The notes: generated from the letters alone by a model not told the origin. A stretch of 64,000 nt of DNA from Acidobacteriota bacterium (GCA_965217775.1 CBDCJH010000002.1:384001-448000), one strand, 5' to 3'; counted from the first letter of the stretch, positions 19,013 through 28,570 are shown. Numbers and translations are program-made.

Positions 19013-21024
19013 CTCGGGTGGAGCCGGCATTCGCGGAGCTCATAGCGGTTGGGAAACCTGGCCGCCAGCTCCAGATTGTGGGTGACCACCATGAGAATCG
19101 TGCGCCGGCGCCGGTGCAGCTCCAGCAAGAGCTCGCTGACGGCTTCGGCCGACCGGCGGTCCAGATTGCCGGTGGGCTCGTCGCAGAGCAGCAGAAAAGG
19201 ATCCAGGATCAAGGCTCGAGCCAGGGCCGCACGCTGTTTCTCCCCACCCGAGAGCTCCCAGGGCCGATGCTCGAGACGATCGCCGAGACCCACCCGTTCC
19301 AGCAGGCCGCGGGCCTTCCGCACCTGTTCCCCGCCGTTGGACTCGGAGCGGGCGACCAGGGTCGGTATCAAGACGTTTTCCAGGACGGAGCATTGGGGCA
19401 GGAGGCAGTGGTCCTGGAAGACGAAACCCACCTGCCGGTTCCTGAATTGGGCCAGCTCCCGCGGCTCCAGCTCGAACGGATTCTGGCCCTCCAGCCGGAC
19501 GGTGCCGGCCGTGGGTGGCTCCAGAGCTCCCAGAATATGCAGCAGCGTGCTCTTGCCGCTCCCGGAGGGTCCCACGATCGACACCGCGTCTCCCCGGGAC
19601 AGGGACAACGACACGCCGGAGAGAACCGGCAGCGTGCCCCGGGGAGTGGCGTAGTCCTTGCTCAGGCCGCGGACCTGAAGTCCGCCCGGTCTCCGGGGCG
19701 AGCCGCCGCTCTTTGCAGCAGCGTGGCGGGACCCGGACGGGCTGGCCAGGCGCTCATAGGACCGTAGTGTGGCGGCCGCCATTTTTCGCGCGTCGTAATG
19801 CTCCCGCACGCCCTCCCGGCCGCGGCGGCCCAACTCCGCGGCCCGTTCCGGATCGCGGTGAAGATCCAGAATCCCCCGGGCCAGGTCCGCGGCGTCGTCC
19901 GGTTCCACCAGCAGACCGCCGCCGGTGGCCGCGATGATCTCCGGAAAGACGCCTCGCCGCGGCTGCACCACGGGAACGCCGCAGGCCTGCGCCTCCAGCG
20001 TGTAGATTCCCTTGGGCTCGTCGTAGCAGGTGGGGACCGAGAAAACGTCCAGTTCCTTGAGGAACCGGATCTTTTCCGCACGGCTCAGACAGCCCCGGTA
20101 CTGGAAGGAGTCCTCCAGGCCCCAGCGGCGCATTTTCTTTCTGATCCCACGCAGATAGCCGGAATGATCGGTGGTCGGGTCGCCTGCGACCAGGAGGCGC
20201 GTTTTTCCCGGACCCAACTCGCGGGCCACGCCGCGATAGGCATCGCAGAGCAGGTGCAACCCCTTCTCGGGAGCGATCCGGGCCAGGTATCCCACGTTGA
20301 AGGGGCGGGATGGATCGGGGCTGCGCGGCTGAAAGTCGTCGACGTGGATTCCCAGAGGAATCACGCCGACCTCGGAGCCGGGGATGCCCAGATAGTCCCG
20401 CATCACTCGTCCGTGGTAGCGGCTCACGGCGTGGAACTGATCGATGAATTCGGCGTTGGCCCGGATTCTCTCCCGAGCCTGAGACCGGTAGGGTTCCTTC
20501 AGCGCCTCCAGGAACAGGTCCTCTCCCTGGAGGGTGCAGCAGACGGGGCAGGAAAGGGCCTGCTTCAAGGGATGAGCCAGTCCGCTGAGCAGACTGTTTC
20601 CCAGGTGTACCAGGTCGGGACGGGGACGGGTTCGGAGCCAGCTGACGAGTTTTTCCAGCTCCTTGCGCTGGAAACCCGATTCTCCCCGGAGAACCGAAAT
20701 GGTGATCTCCCCCAGTTCGCCGGGATCGGTCTGAGCGCCCCAGCGCCCCGCCGAGTTCAACAGCCAGGACGAGTCCAGAATCCGATCCAGGTACCAGGGA
20801 GTGGATCGGAAAATGGAAAACCGCTGTTGCAGGTAGACGTTGACTCCACCGAAGAACGTGGTGCCGAGACTCACATTGGGTTCGTCGGTGACGGTCGGAG
20901 TGTAGAGGGGGACCAACTCGACGTCATGTCCCCGGGCAAGGAGGTCCGAGGCCAGGGTGTTGTCCCGAATGCAGGCGCCGCAGTACATGCCCGCGGCTCC
21001 CGCCGTGATGTACACGACCCTCAT
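19009..21024 (-). CDS. Glycosyltransferase family 4 fused to a LolD-like ABC ATPase
   Basis: N-terminal GT-B part (ARIAPEKG, EPKGIYTLEAQACGVPVV) in frame with GPSGSGKST, LSGGEKQR and CDEPTGNLD. Confidence 0.85.
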   Translation of the reverse strand: MRVVYITAGAAGMYCGACIRDNTLASDLLARGHDVELVPLYTPTVTDEPNVSLGTTFFGGVNVYLQQRFSIFRSTPWYLDRILDSSWLLNSAGRWGAQTDPGELGEITISVLRGESGFQRKELEKLVSWLRTRPRPDLVHLGNSLLSGLAHPLKQALSCPVCCTLQGEDLFLEALKEPYRSQARERIRANAEFIDQFHAVSRYHGRVMRDYLGIPGSEVGVIPLGIHVDDFQPRSPDPSRPFNVGYLARIAPEKGLHLLCDAYRGVARELGPGKTRLLVAGDPTTDHSGYLRGIRKKMRRWGLEDSFQYRGCLSRAEKIRFLKELDVFSVPTCYDEPKGIYTLEAQACGVPVVQPRRGVFPEIIAATGGGLLVEPDDAADLARGILDLHRDPERAAELGRRGREGVREHYDARKMAAATLRSYERLASPSGSRHAAAKSGGSPRRPGGLQVRGLSKDYATPRGTLPVLSGVSLSLSRGDAVSIVGPSGSGKSTLLHILGALEPPTAGTVRLEGQNPFELEPRELAQFRNRQVGFVFQDHCLLPQCSVLENVLIPTLVARSESNGGEQVRKARGLLERVGLGDRLEHRPWELSGGEKQRAALARALILDPFLLLCDEPTGNLDRRSAEAVSELLLELHRRRRTILMVVTHNLELAARFPNRYELRECRLHPR

Positions 21025-21196
21025 GGGAAGAAGATTACGCCGGGGCCGGTCCCCGCTGCAAGACATGAAAAAACCGGCGGGCGCGAATCATTTTCGCACC
21101 TATCTGAAATCCTGAACCAAAGCATCCAAGTGGGAGTTGGGAGGACTCCGAAGTCGCGCCAACTTGACGGTCCTCTGCGCATCATTGATTGAATAA

Positions 21197-21246
21197 TTTT
21201 CTATCGATAGTAAATGTCGGATTATATTTTACTATAGATAGTAAAA
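21197..21246. promoter_or_regulatory. Two palindromic operator-like sites (consensus TTTACTAT-NN-ATAGTAAA)
   Basis: TTTTCTATCGATAGTAAA at 21197-21214 and perfect 9-2-9 TTTTACTATAGATAGTAAAA at 21227-21246, in an AT-rich divergent promoter region. Confidence 0.65.
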
Positions 21247-21390
21247 AACATTCATTTGGGCGGAATTGGAAACGGCGGCTCTCCAACCGCCGGCCTACCG
21301 GCGCCAAACGACCGCGGTTTCCAATGCCGTGGAGACTTCATTGAAGGGCTGGTAACATGAGCACTCCTCGAACGTCTACCCGAACTTTGG

Positions 21391-24300
21391 ATGGAATCCA
21401 TGCCATTGGGACTGAAACCCAGAACCGAGTTGATCCTGATTCTCCTGCTCTGCGCAGGCGGCCCGCTTCGGGGCCAGACCGTCGAAGGGTCGCTGAGGCT
21501 GCTGATCGGGGACGGAACCGGCGCCGTGGCGGGAGCGGCCGCCGAAGCGGTGCAGGAAGAGACCAACCGGCGGCGGACCGGCGTCGCCGACCGGGACGGC
21601 CACCTGTTGATCCCGCTTCTCCCGTCCGGGACCTACCGTCTTGAAGTTTCCCACGCCGGCTACAGGAAGCATGTGGAGAAGTTCTCCCTGCGGGTCAACG
21701 AGCGGTTGGAGCTTCGAGTGACACTGCAGCCGGGTGAACTGACCGAAGAGGTGGTGGTCCTGGAGAGCCGGGGATGGCTCAAAAGGGACTCGCTGGCGCT
21801 GGGCAGCGTGATCGAGAACTCGCAGATCGCGGGCCTGCCTCTGGATGGGAGGAACTTCTTCGAGCTGAGCCTGCTGCTTCCGGGGAGTGCTCCGGCGGCG
21901 CCCGGATCGGCCGGTTCGGTCCGTGGAGACTTCGCGTTGAACATCAACGGACAGCGCGAGGCGTCCAACAGCTTCTTGTTGGACGGTGTCTACAACGGAG
22001 ACCCCAAGCTCAACGGCATCGGCGTCAATCCTCCCGTCGACGCCATCCGGGAGTTCGAAGTGCTCATGGGCACCTATGACGCCTCGTTCGGACGCAACGT
22101 GGGCAGTCAGATCAACGTGGTGACCAAGTCGGGCGGCAACCGGGTCCACGGTACCGTTTACGGTTTCTTCCGGAACGCGGCGCTGGATGCCCGGAACTAC
22201 TTCTCGTTGCCTCAGGGGCCTGACCCGGAGTATCGGCGAAGCCAGTTCGGGTTCTCGCTGGGAGGGCCCGTGGTCCCGAACCGGACCTTCTTCTTTGCCG
22301 ATTACGAAGGCCGGCGCGTTCGGCAGGGAGTCACCCGGGGCACCATGGTTCCCACTCTGGCCGAACGCTCCGGTGATTTTTCCGGCTCCTCCGGTCCGCT
22401 GCCGGTGAATCCTTTGACCCGCCAGCCGTTTCCCGGGAATGCGATCCCGTCCCCGTGGATTCATCCCACGGGCCACGCCATCGCTCAGCTCTATCCCGAC
22501 CCCAACCGGTCCGGGGAGGTTCCCAACTTCGTCTCCTCCCCCACCCTGCAGGATCGGGACGACCATTTCGACGTGAGAATCGATCACGCTGCGAGTCCAT
22601 CCTCGAATCTGGCCCTGCGCTACAGCTTCGGGGACCGGGACCTCTTCGATCCCTTTTCCGGTCCTCTCTTCTCAGCCGTGCCGGGATACGGAACCGATGT
22701 CCCGAGGCGGGCCCAGAACCTGGTCTTCAGCGAGTCGCATACCTTCACATCCCGGTTCCTGAATCAGGTGCGGTTCGCCTTCAACCGGGTTGCGGCCGGC
22801 GCTTTCCAGGAGAACATGGGCCGGAGCATCAACGGGGATGTGGGCTTGCCCGAGCTTTCCGACCGCCCCCGGGACCTGGGGATGAGCTTCATCACCGTCT
22901 CCGGATTTTCGTCCCTGGGGGACGAATACAACAATCCCCAGCACAGCGCTTCCGACACCTTTCAGATCCTGAACCATTCCACTTACGCCAGCGGCAAGCA
23001 TCTCTGGCAAGTGGGCGCGGACTTCCGGATCGTCCGGCAGGACGCCTACCGGGACGTCCAGTCCCGCGGCTTTCTCAACTTCGTGGGCCAGACCGGAATC
23101 ACCGGAAACGGCCTGGCCGATCTGCTGCTGGGTCTGCCCTCCCTGACGGGCGGAGCGCAGCTCGACAATCCCCAGCATCTGCGTAACCGGAGCTACAGTT
23201 TCTTCGTCCAGGACCATTTCAAGCTGAGGCCCAACCTGACGCTGGCTCTTGGGGTCCGCTATGAATACAACTCACCGCCCGTCGACAAGGACGATCGGGC
23301 CAACGTCTACGATCCGGAGAGCGGATCGCTGGTCGGTGTCGGAACCGGCGGCGTGCCCCGGGGAGGCTATCTGCCCGACCGGAACAACTGGGCTCCCCGG
23401 ATCGGCTTGGCCTGGGGACTTGATCGGGGTGGACGCACGGTGCTCCGGACCGGATACGGAGTCTTCTACGACCAGTCGCCCCTGGCGCCGGGGGAGGGCC
23501 TGTATTTCAATCCCCCGTATTTCGATTTCCGTCTTTTCTTCCCGCTGCCCGGGTTGCCGTTGACGCTGTATGACCCGTTTCCGAGGAACTACCCCTTTCA
23601 ACTGCCCCCTTCGGTCCTCTTCTACCAGCGGGACCTGGCCCAGGCCTACAGCCAGCACTGGAACCTGAATTTGCAGCGGGAGCTGGGAAGCCGCCAGATG
23701 ATCGAGGTGGGCTACGTCGGTTCCAAGGGGACCAAGCTCTTGACGGCGCGCGACTTCAACCAGCCGCGTCCCAGTCCCGTGTGGCCCAATCCCCGGCCGG
23801 TCCCGCAGTTCGACGACATCAACAAGCTGGAATCCCGCGGGAACTCCGGCTACCACTCGCTCCAGGCGAGGTTCAACCGCAGGTTGAGTTCCGGATTTTC
23901 GCTGCTTGCCTCCTACAGTTGGGCCAAGTCCATCGATGACTCTTCCAGCTTCTTCTCCAGCACCGGCGACCCCAACTTTCCCCAGGACAGTTGGAACGTC
24001 GGGACCGAGCGGGCTCGGTCCAACTTCGACCTGACCCACCGGCTTTCGGTGAGTTATTCCTGGGAGATTCCCATCGGCCGGGGGCGGTCCCTCCTGGGGA
24101 ACCTGGGGTGGTTTTCCACTCTGCTCGCAAACTGGCAGAGCTTCGGGATCCTGACCTTCCAGACGGGGCATCCGTTCACCGTGGCCCTGCTTCCGGAGAT
24201 CGACAACAGCAACACGGGACGATCGATTCTGGGTTTCGGAGCCAACGACAGGCCTCACCGGACCGGTACCGGAGCGATCTCCAACCCCGGCCCGGATCAG

Positions 24301-24585
24301 TGGTTCGACAGCCGGGCCTTCGTTTTCCCCCGCTACGGCAGTTTCGGCAACTCGGGAAGGAACATTCTCGAAGGGCCCGGATACGCGACGGTGGACCTTT
24401 CTCTGGTGCGGGATACGAGGATTTCCGAAGAGGCGACGGTTCAGTTCCGGGCCGAGTTCTTCAACCTCCTGAACCGGCCCAATCTGCACCTCCCGGATCT
24501 GTTTCTGGGCTCACCCACCTTCGGCCGGATCCTCTCGGCAGGCGAGCCCCGGCACGTTCAGTTGGGCCTCAAGCTGTTGTTCTGA
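21391..24585 (+). CDS. TonB-dependent receptor (carboxypeptidase-regulatory-like N-domain, Oar type)
   Basis: Signal peptide, LPLDGRNFFEL, INVVTKSGGN, NNWAPRIG and C-terminal QLGLKLLF. Confidence 0.9.
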   Translation: MESMPLGLKPRTELILILLLCAGGPLRGQTVEGSLRLLIGDGTGAVAGAAAEAVQEETNRRRTGVADRDGHLLIPLLPSGTYRLEVSHAGYRKHVEKFSLRVNERLELRVTLQPGELTEEVVVLESRGWLKRDSLALGSVIENSQIAGLPLDGRNFFELSLLLPGSAPAAPGSAGSVRGDFALNINGQREASNSFLLDGVYNGDPKLNGIGVNPPVDAIREFEVLMGTYDASFGRNVGSQINVVTKSGGNRVHGTVYGFFRNAALDARNYFSLPQGPDPEYRRSQFGFSLGGPVVPNRTFFFADYEGRRVRQGVTRGTMVPTLAERSGDFSGSSGPLPVNPLTRQPFPGNAIPSPWIHPTGHAIAQLYPDPNRSGEVPNFVSSPTLQDRDDHFDVRIDHAASPSSNLALRYSFGDRDLFDPFSGPLFSAVPGYGTDVPRRAQNLVFSESHTFTSRFLNQVRFAFNRVAAGAFQENMGRSINGDVGLPELSDRPRDLGMSFITVSGFSSLGDEYNNPQHSASDTFQILNHSTYASGKHLWQVGADFRIVRQDAYRDVQSRGFLNFVGQTGITGNGLADLLLGLPSLTGGAQLDNPQHLRNRSYSFFVQDHFKLRPNLTLALGVRYEYNSPPVDKDDRANVYDPESGSLVGVGTGGVPRGGYLPDRNNWAPRIGLAWGLDRGGRTVLRTGYGVFYDQSPLAPGEGLYFNPPYFDFRLFFPLPGLPLTLYDPFPRNYPFQLPPSVLFYQRDLAQAYSQHWNLNLQRELGSRQMIEVGYVGSKGTKLLTARDFNQPRPSPVWPNPRPVPQFDDINKLESRGNSGYHSLQARFNRRLSSGFSLLASYSWAKSIDDSSSFFSSTGDPNFPQDSWNVGTERARSNFDLTHRLSVSYSWEIPIGRGRSLLGNLGWFSTLLANWQSFGILTFQTGHPFTVALLPEIDNSNTGRSILGFGANDRPHRTGTGAISNPGPDQWFDSRAFVFPRYGSFGNSGRNILEGPGYATVDLSLVRDTRISEEATVQFRAEFFNLLNRPNLHLPDLFLGSPTFGRILSAGEPRHVQLGLKLLF

Positions 24586-25862
24586 AACCCGGATCCCGAC
24601 ATCAAACGGGACCAACCAAACCCGATCGTACGCATAGGGGCACCCCTTGTGGGTGCCCTCTTTCCTAGGGGATGCTTTGCCTACGGAAAGTGCCTACGCC
24701 TACGCGCGCCTACGCGGAAAGGGACAGTCTCGATTCCCGGAACGGAACGGGAACGAACAGTGGACCTTTGGCAAATGGATGGAAGTCCGGCGGACTTTCC
24801 GCACATTGGGAGGACAATTCAGTCTATTGGACGAGACAAGTGATCTGGGTCGTTCGGTGCCGCGGTGGCAGAATCGACGGACGGAGATCACGTACGCGCG
24901 CGCGGAAAGGGACAGTCTCGATTCCCGCGCTTTGCCCGCGTCCCAGTCCCGTGTGGCCCAATCCCCGGCCGGTCCCGCAGTTCGATGACATCAACAAGCT
25001 GGAATCCCGCGGGAACTCCGGCTACCACTCGCTCCAGGCGAGGTTCAACCGCAGGTTGAGTTCCGGATTTTCGCTGCTTGCCTCCTACAGTTGGGCCAAG
25101 TCCATCGATGACTCTTCCAGCTTCTTCTCCAGCACCGGCGACCCCAACTTTCCCCAGGACAGTTGGAACGTCGGGACCGAGCGGGCTCGGTCCAACTTCG
25201 ACCTGACCCACCGGCTTTCGGTGAGTTATTCCTGGGAGATTCCCATCGGCCGGGGGCGGTCCCTCCTGGGGAACCTGGGGTGGTTTTCCACTCTGCTCGC
25301 AAACTGGCAGAGCTTCGGGATCCTGACCTTCCAGACGGGGCATCCGTTCACCGTGGCCCTGCTTCCGGAGATCGACAACAGCAACACCGGACGATCGATT
25401 CTGGGTTTCGGAGCCAACGACAGGCCTCACCGGACCGGTACCGGAGCGATCTCCAACCCCGGCCCGGATCAGTGGTTCGACAGCCGGGCCTTCGTTTTCC
25501 CCCGCTACGGCAGTTTCGGCAACTCGGGAAGGAACATTCTCGAAGGGCCCGGATACGCGACGGTGGACCTTTCTCTGGTGCGGGATACGAGGATTTCCGA
25601 AGAGGCGACGGTTCAGTTCCGGGCCGAGTTCTTCAACCTCCTGAACCGGCCCAATCTGCACCTCCCGGATCTGTTTCTGGGCTCACCCACCTTCGGCCGG
25701 ATCCTCTCGGCAGGCGAGCCGCGGCACGTTCAGTTGGGCCTCAAGCTGTTGTTCTGAAACCCGGATCCCGACATCAAACGGGACCAACCAAACCCGATCG
25801 TACGCATAGGGGCACCCCTTGTGGGTGCCCTCTTTCCTAGGGGATGCTTTGCCTACGGAAAG
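23764..25862 (+). repeat. 927-bp direct duplication (23764-24690 and 24936-25862) of the TonB receptor 3' end and downstream DNA
   Basis: Offset 1172 bp. Three differences seen (23814/24986, 24216/25388, 24549/25721), all synonymous. Confidence 0.9.
24936..25757 (+). pseudogene. Partial duplicate of the TonB receptor C-terminus
   Basis: Protein-identical to the last approximately 273 aa of 21391-24585, with no credible start or signal peptide. Confidence 0.8.
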
Positions 25863-26112
25863 GGACAGTCTCGATTTCCGGAACGGAACGGAACGGGAAC
25901 GGGGAACGAACGGGAACGCGGGAACGAACGGGAACGCGTTATAAGACTTGAGAATCCCGCCCGGAATCAGAACAGTGGACCTTTGGCAAATGGATGGAAG
26001 TCCGGCGGACTTTCTGCACATTGGGAGGACAATTCAGTCTATTGGACGACACAAGTGATCTGGGTCGTTCGGTGCCGCGGTGGCAGAATCGACGGACGGA
26101 GATCAGGCGAGT

Positions 26113-27054
26113 CTACGTGACAAATGCGTGCGAGCGCTGCTCCCGCAGGGAAAACAGCACTCCGCCCAGTTGGGGGATGGGGTGTCGGCGACGCCGATAT
26201 CGACCTTGCTTTCGATACGTCTCCAGCAGTTGCGCCACTTTCTCTGCCGGACCGACGGCCAATCCGTCCGTCAGAAATCGCAAACGACGGCGAAAGGCTC
26301 CGGCACGGGTAAATCCACGTCGCTGCTCCTGATGGAGGATCCACCGGGGGATTGCGGCCTGGTTCTCCCGGGTGGGGACGGCTCCTCGATAGTACAAGCG
26401 AGCCCGGTAACTCCTGTACACGTCGGTTCCGGGATCCGAGGGGAACAGTTCCTCCAATGGAATCAGGTCGTGATCCTTGCCGGTGAGTCTCCAGCGGGCT
26501 GAGCCCCACTTCCATTGCTCGGGCCGCTTGACCAGTCCGGCTCGGACGGCGTTGAGCTCCACGTAAAGAATGGCGTCTTGGACCGCTTCGGTTCCCAATA
26601 GTTCCGGGTTCTTGAAACGTTCACTCCAAAAATGGCCTCGCCGTCGAAACTGGTGGTTGAACCACACGGCATACAGCCCGTCCACGTTCTGCATCAGTTT
26701 CGACACGTCAAAGAGACGCTGGTTGAAAGCCTTCCATTGGGCGACGGTCCAATCGGCGGTTTTCTTCTCTACCTTTCGCCCATAAAGCTTGTCGGCGCTC
26801 TCCATCAACTCCTTGCGGGACAAGGAGCGAGGCTTCTCAAAATGGACGACGAAGTGGAAGTGATTGCCCATGATCTGAAACGCGGCCAAACGACACCGGT
26901 AGACACTAACGTAGAACAACATCATGTCTAGGAGTTTGCGACGGGCTCGCCGGTCTTCGAAGGGGAACCAATCGGTCCAGCCAGTGACTCGATTGGTGAG
27001 GTGATAGAAGGCGGCTTCCTTGCTTTTGTGTCGCGCGGTTCGGGGCATGGGCAC
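26113..27054 (-). CDS. REP-associated tyrosine transposase (RAYT, HUH Y1 family)
   Basis: MPRTAR...FYHLTNR, IMGNHFHF (HUH), GHFWSERFK and YVELNAVRAGLV..PEQWKW. Confidence 0.85.
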   Translation of the reverse strand: MPMPRTARHKSKEAAFYHLTNRVTGWTDWFPFEDRRARRKLLDMMLFYVSVYRCRLAAFQIMGNHFHFVVHFEKPRSLSRKELMESADKLYGRKVEKKTADWTVAQWKAFNQRLFDVSKLMQNVDGLYAVWFNHQFRRRGHFWSERFKNPELLGTEAVQDAILYVELNAVRAGLVKRPEQWKWGSARWRLTGKDHDLIPLEELFPSDPGTDVYRSYRARLYYRGAVPTRENQAAIPRWILHQEQRRGFTRAGAFRRRLRFLTDGLAVGPAEKVAQLLETYRKQGRYRRRRHPIPQLGGVLFSLREQRSHAFVT

Positions 27055-27346
27055 GGTCCTCGGTTCACCGGACTCGGACTAGCAGGGGAGTCGGAGTCGG
27101 ATCACCCTCTCACCCTCTGATGACAACAACGATTCAGAACTGAGAAAAGCGAAGGAGACTAAAGTAATTCAGCACATCTCGCGTTTCCGGGAGCAACGGA
27201 GGCAATTCGACCAAGTGACCACCTAAGTCGTCATGGCAGCCGAAGGAGCCGGCACCTTTGTGGTCTGATCTGCCCCTGCCGTTCCTGCCGTTCCTGCCGT
27301 TCCAGAACAACAGACTGTCCCCTTCTTTTTGCAGTCTCGATTCCCC

Positions 27347-28129
27347 TCACCTTTGGGCCGCATCCCTGGTTCCCACGATCAATACAGTTTGTATAGGCAA
27401 CAGGAAGTCTCCCCCCTTCCGCCTGATGTTCAAGGCCTCCAGGAATGAACTCGGGGCCTTCTGCAGACGAGCTCGGATCTCCGCTTCCGCCTCTGTTCCA
27501 GAGGATGCTATCTCGCACCACCTGCGTACAGTCTGCCCCTGAGGTCGCTCCGATAATCTAGCCTTCAACACTTCCACCTTCAGCCCCCTGCTCTCGAATA
27601 TGGATCTCCACCTCGCGGCCGTGTAGCTCCGAACGTGGGTTGGATCATGAAGAAGTTCCAGCTTGTGATTAAACTCGTCAACGTCAGCGTTTTCGTGTCC
27701 TTCGAGATCGATAATCGCTACCCGCCCGTCGCTCTTCGTGAGCCGAACCATTTCTGCCACCGCGCGATCCACATCATCGAAATGGTGGGGGGCCAGCCGC
27801 GATAAAACCAAGTCGAACTGGTGTCCCCGCAGGGGAATCGAATCAGCGTACGCCTCGACAGTCTCCACCTCGATCCCCCGCTCCACTGCCAATCGCCGAA
27901 AGGCGTCCAACATGCTGGGCGCCGGGTCAACTCCTACGAGTCTCCCGGCACAGGTGGCAAAGGACAGCGCCAGGTGGCCAGCGCCACACGCGACGTCACA
28001 TACGGATGCCCCAGGCTCCAGATTCACGAGCTGATGAAGAAGCCTGATCGTTGGGCTCATGGAGTGGACTTCGCTCGTCGCATAGTTATCAGCAAATTTG
28101 TCGAAGCGATCACGCGATTCGTTCGTCAC
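27347..28129 (-). CDS. Class I SAM-dependent methyltransferase
   Basis: VCDVACGAG, FDLVLSRLAPHHF and DPTHVR motifs. Confidence 0.85.
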   Translation of the reverse strand: MTNESRDRFDKFADNYATSEVHSMSPTIRLLHQLVNLEPGASVCDVACGAGHLALSFATCAGRLVGVDPAPSMLDAFRRLAVERGIEVETVEAYADSIPLRGHQFDLVLSRLAPHHFDDVDRAVAEMVRLTKSDGRVAIIDLEGHENADVDEFNHKLELLHDPTHVRSYTAARWRSIFESRGLKVEVLKARLSERPQGQTVRRWCEIASSGTEAEAEIRARLQKAPSSFLEALNIRRKGGDFLLPIQTVLIVGTRDAAQR

Positions 28130-28278
28130 TTTGCACCCTCCTTCTGGAACCTCCGATCTCGACCCAGCGGTTCATCAGGGCCGAGTCCACTCGTTTTGAG
28201 AAGACTCCCATGTCCTCTTGCAAACCTGTTCAAGTGACCCGCCTATCCGTTGATGCATGAAGACGGCAATAATCTCCT

Positions 28279-28570
28279 CGTGGAATGCCTCCCCCAACAG
28301 TGTTGGCTTTAGCGGAAGAATGACTCCCCCGTGGAATGCTTCCCCCAACAGTGTTGGCTTTAGCGGAAGAATGACTCCCGTTAGCGGAAGAATGACTCCC
28401 CGAAAAATAGACTGTCCCCTTCTGGCTGTGCTGACTTCGCCGGCTGCGAACCGACGGGAGAGCCGGTCAGAGGGGAGAGAAGCGGACTGTCCCCTTCTGA
28501 GGGGAGAGAAGCGTGCCCAGGTCCGAGTTCATGCCCTGACTTCGCTGGCTGCGAACCGACGGGAGAGCCG
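28279..28570. repeat. Mosaic of short direct duplications
   Basis: 51-bp unit x2 (28279-28379) plus a 20-bp partial copy; 35-bp unit at 28431 and 28536; 15-bp unit at 28470 and 28499. Confidence 0.8.

Larger units (their letters stand above)
24716..28496. repeat. Recurring GGGACAGTCT / AGACTGTCCCC motif around the RAYT gene
   Basis: Plus-orientation copies at 24716-24738, 24904-24926 and 25857-25879; inverted copies at 27312-27324, 28409-28421 and 28485-28496. A 136-bp segment is repeated at 24755-24890 and 25970-26105. Confidence 0.8.

Noticed and set aside
24672-24935. New N-terminus making the duplicated receptor fragment a functional gene
   Set aside because: The frame runs through repeat motifs, starts at a TTG with no clear RBS, and has no signal peptide.
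23764-25862. Diversity-generating retroelement template/variable repeat pair
   Set aside because: The differences are C/T, G/C and C/G, not adenine-specific, all are silent, and no reverse transcriptase is present.
26113-27054. This Y1 protein as the TnpA partner of the tnpB
   Set aside because: At 313 aa with RAYT-type motifs it is not a short IS200 TnpA, it lies about 8 kb away, and the tnpB ends match the IS1595 element instead.
28279-28570. CRISPR array
   Set aside because: The units are adjacent or irregular duplications with no unique spacers of regular length, and there are no cas genes.
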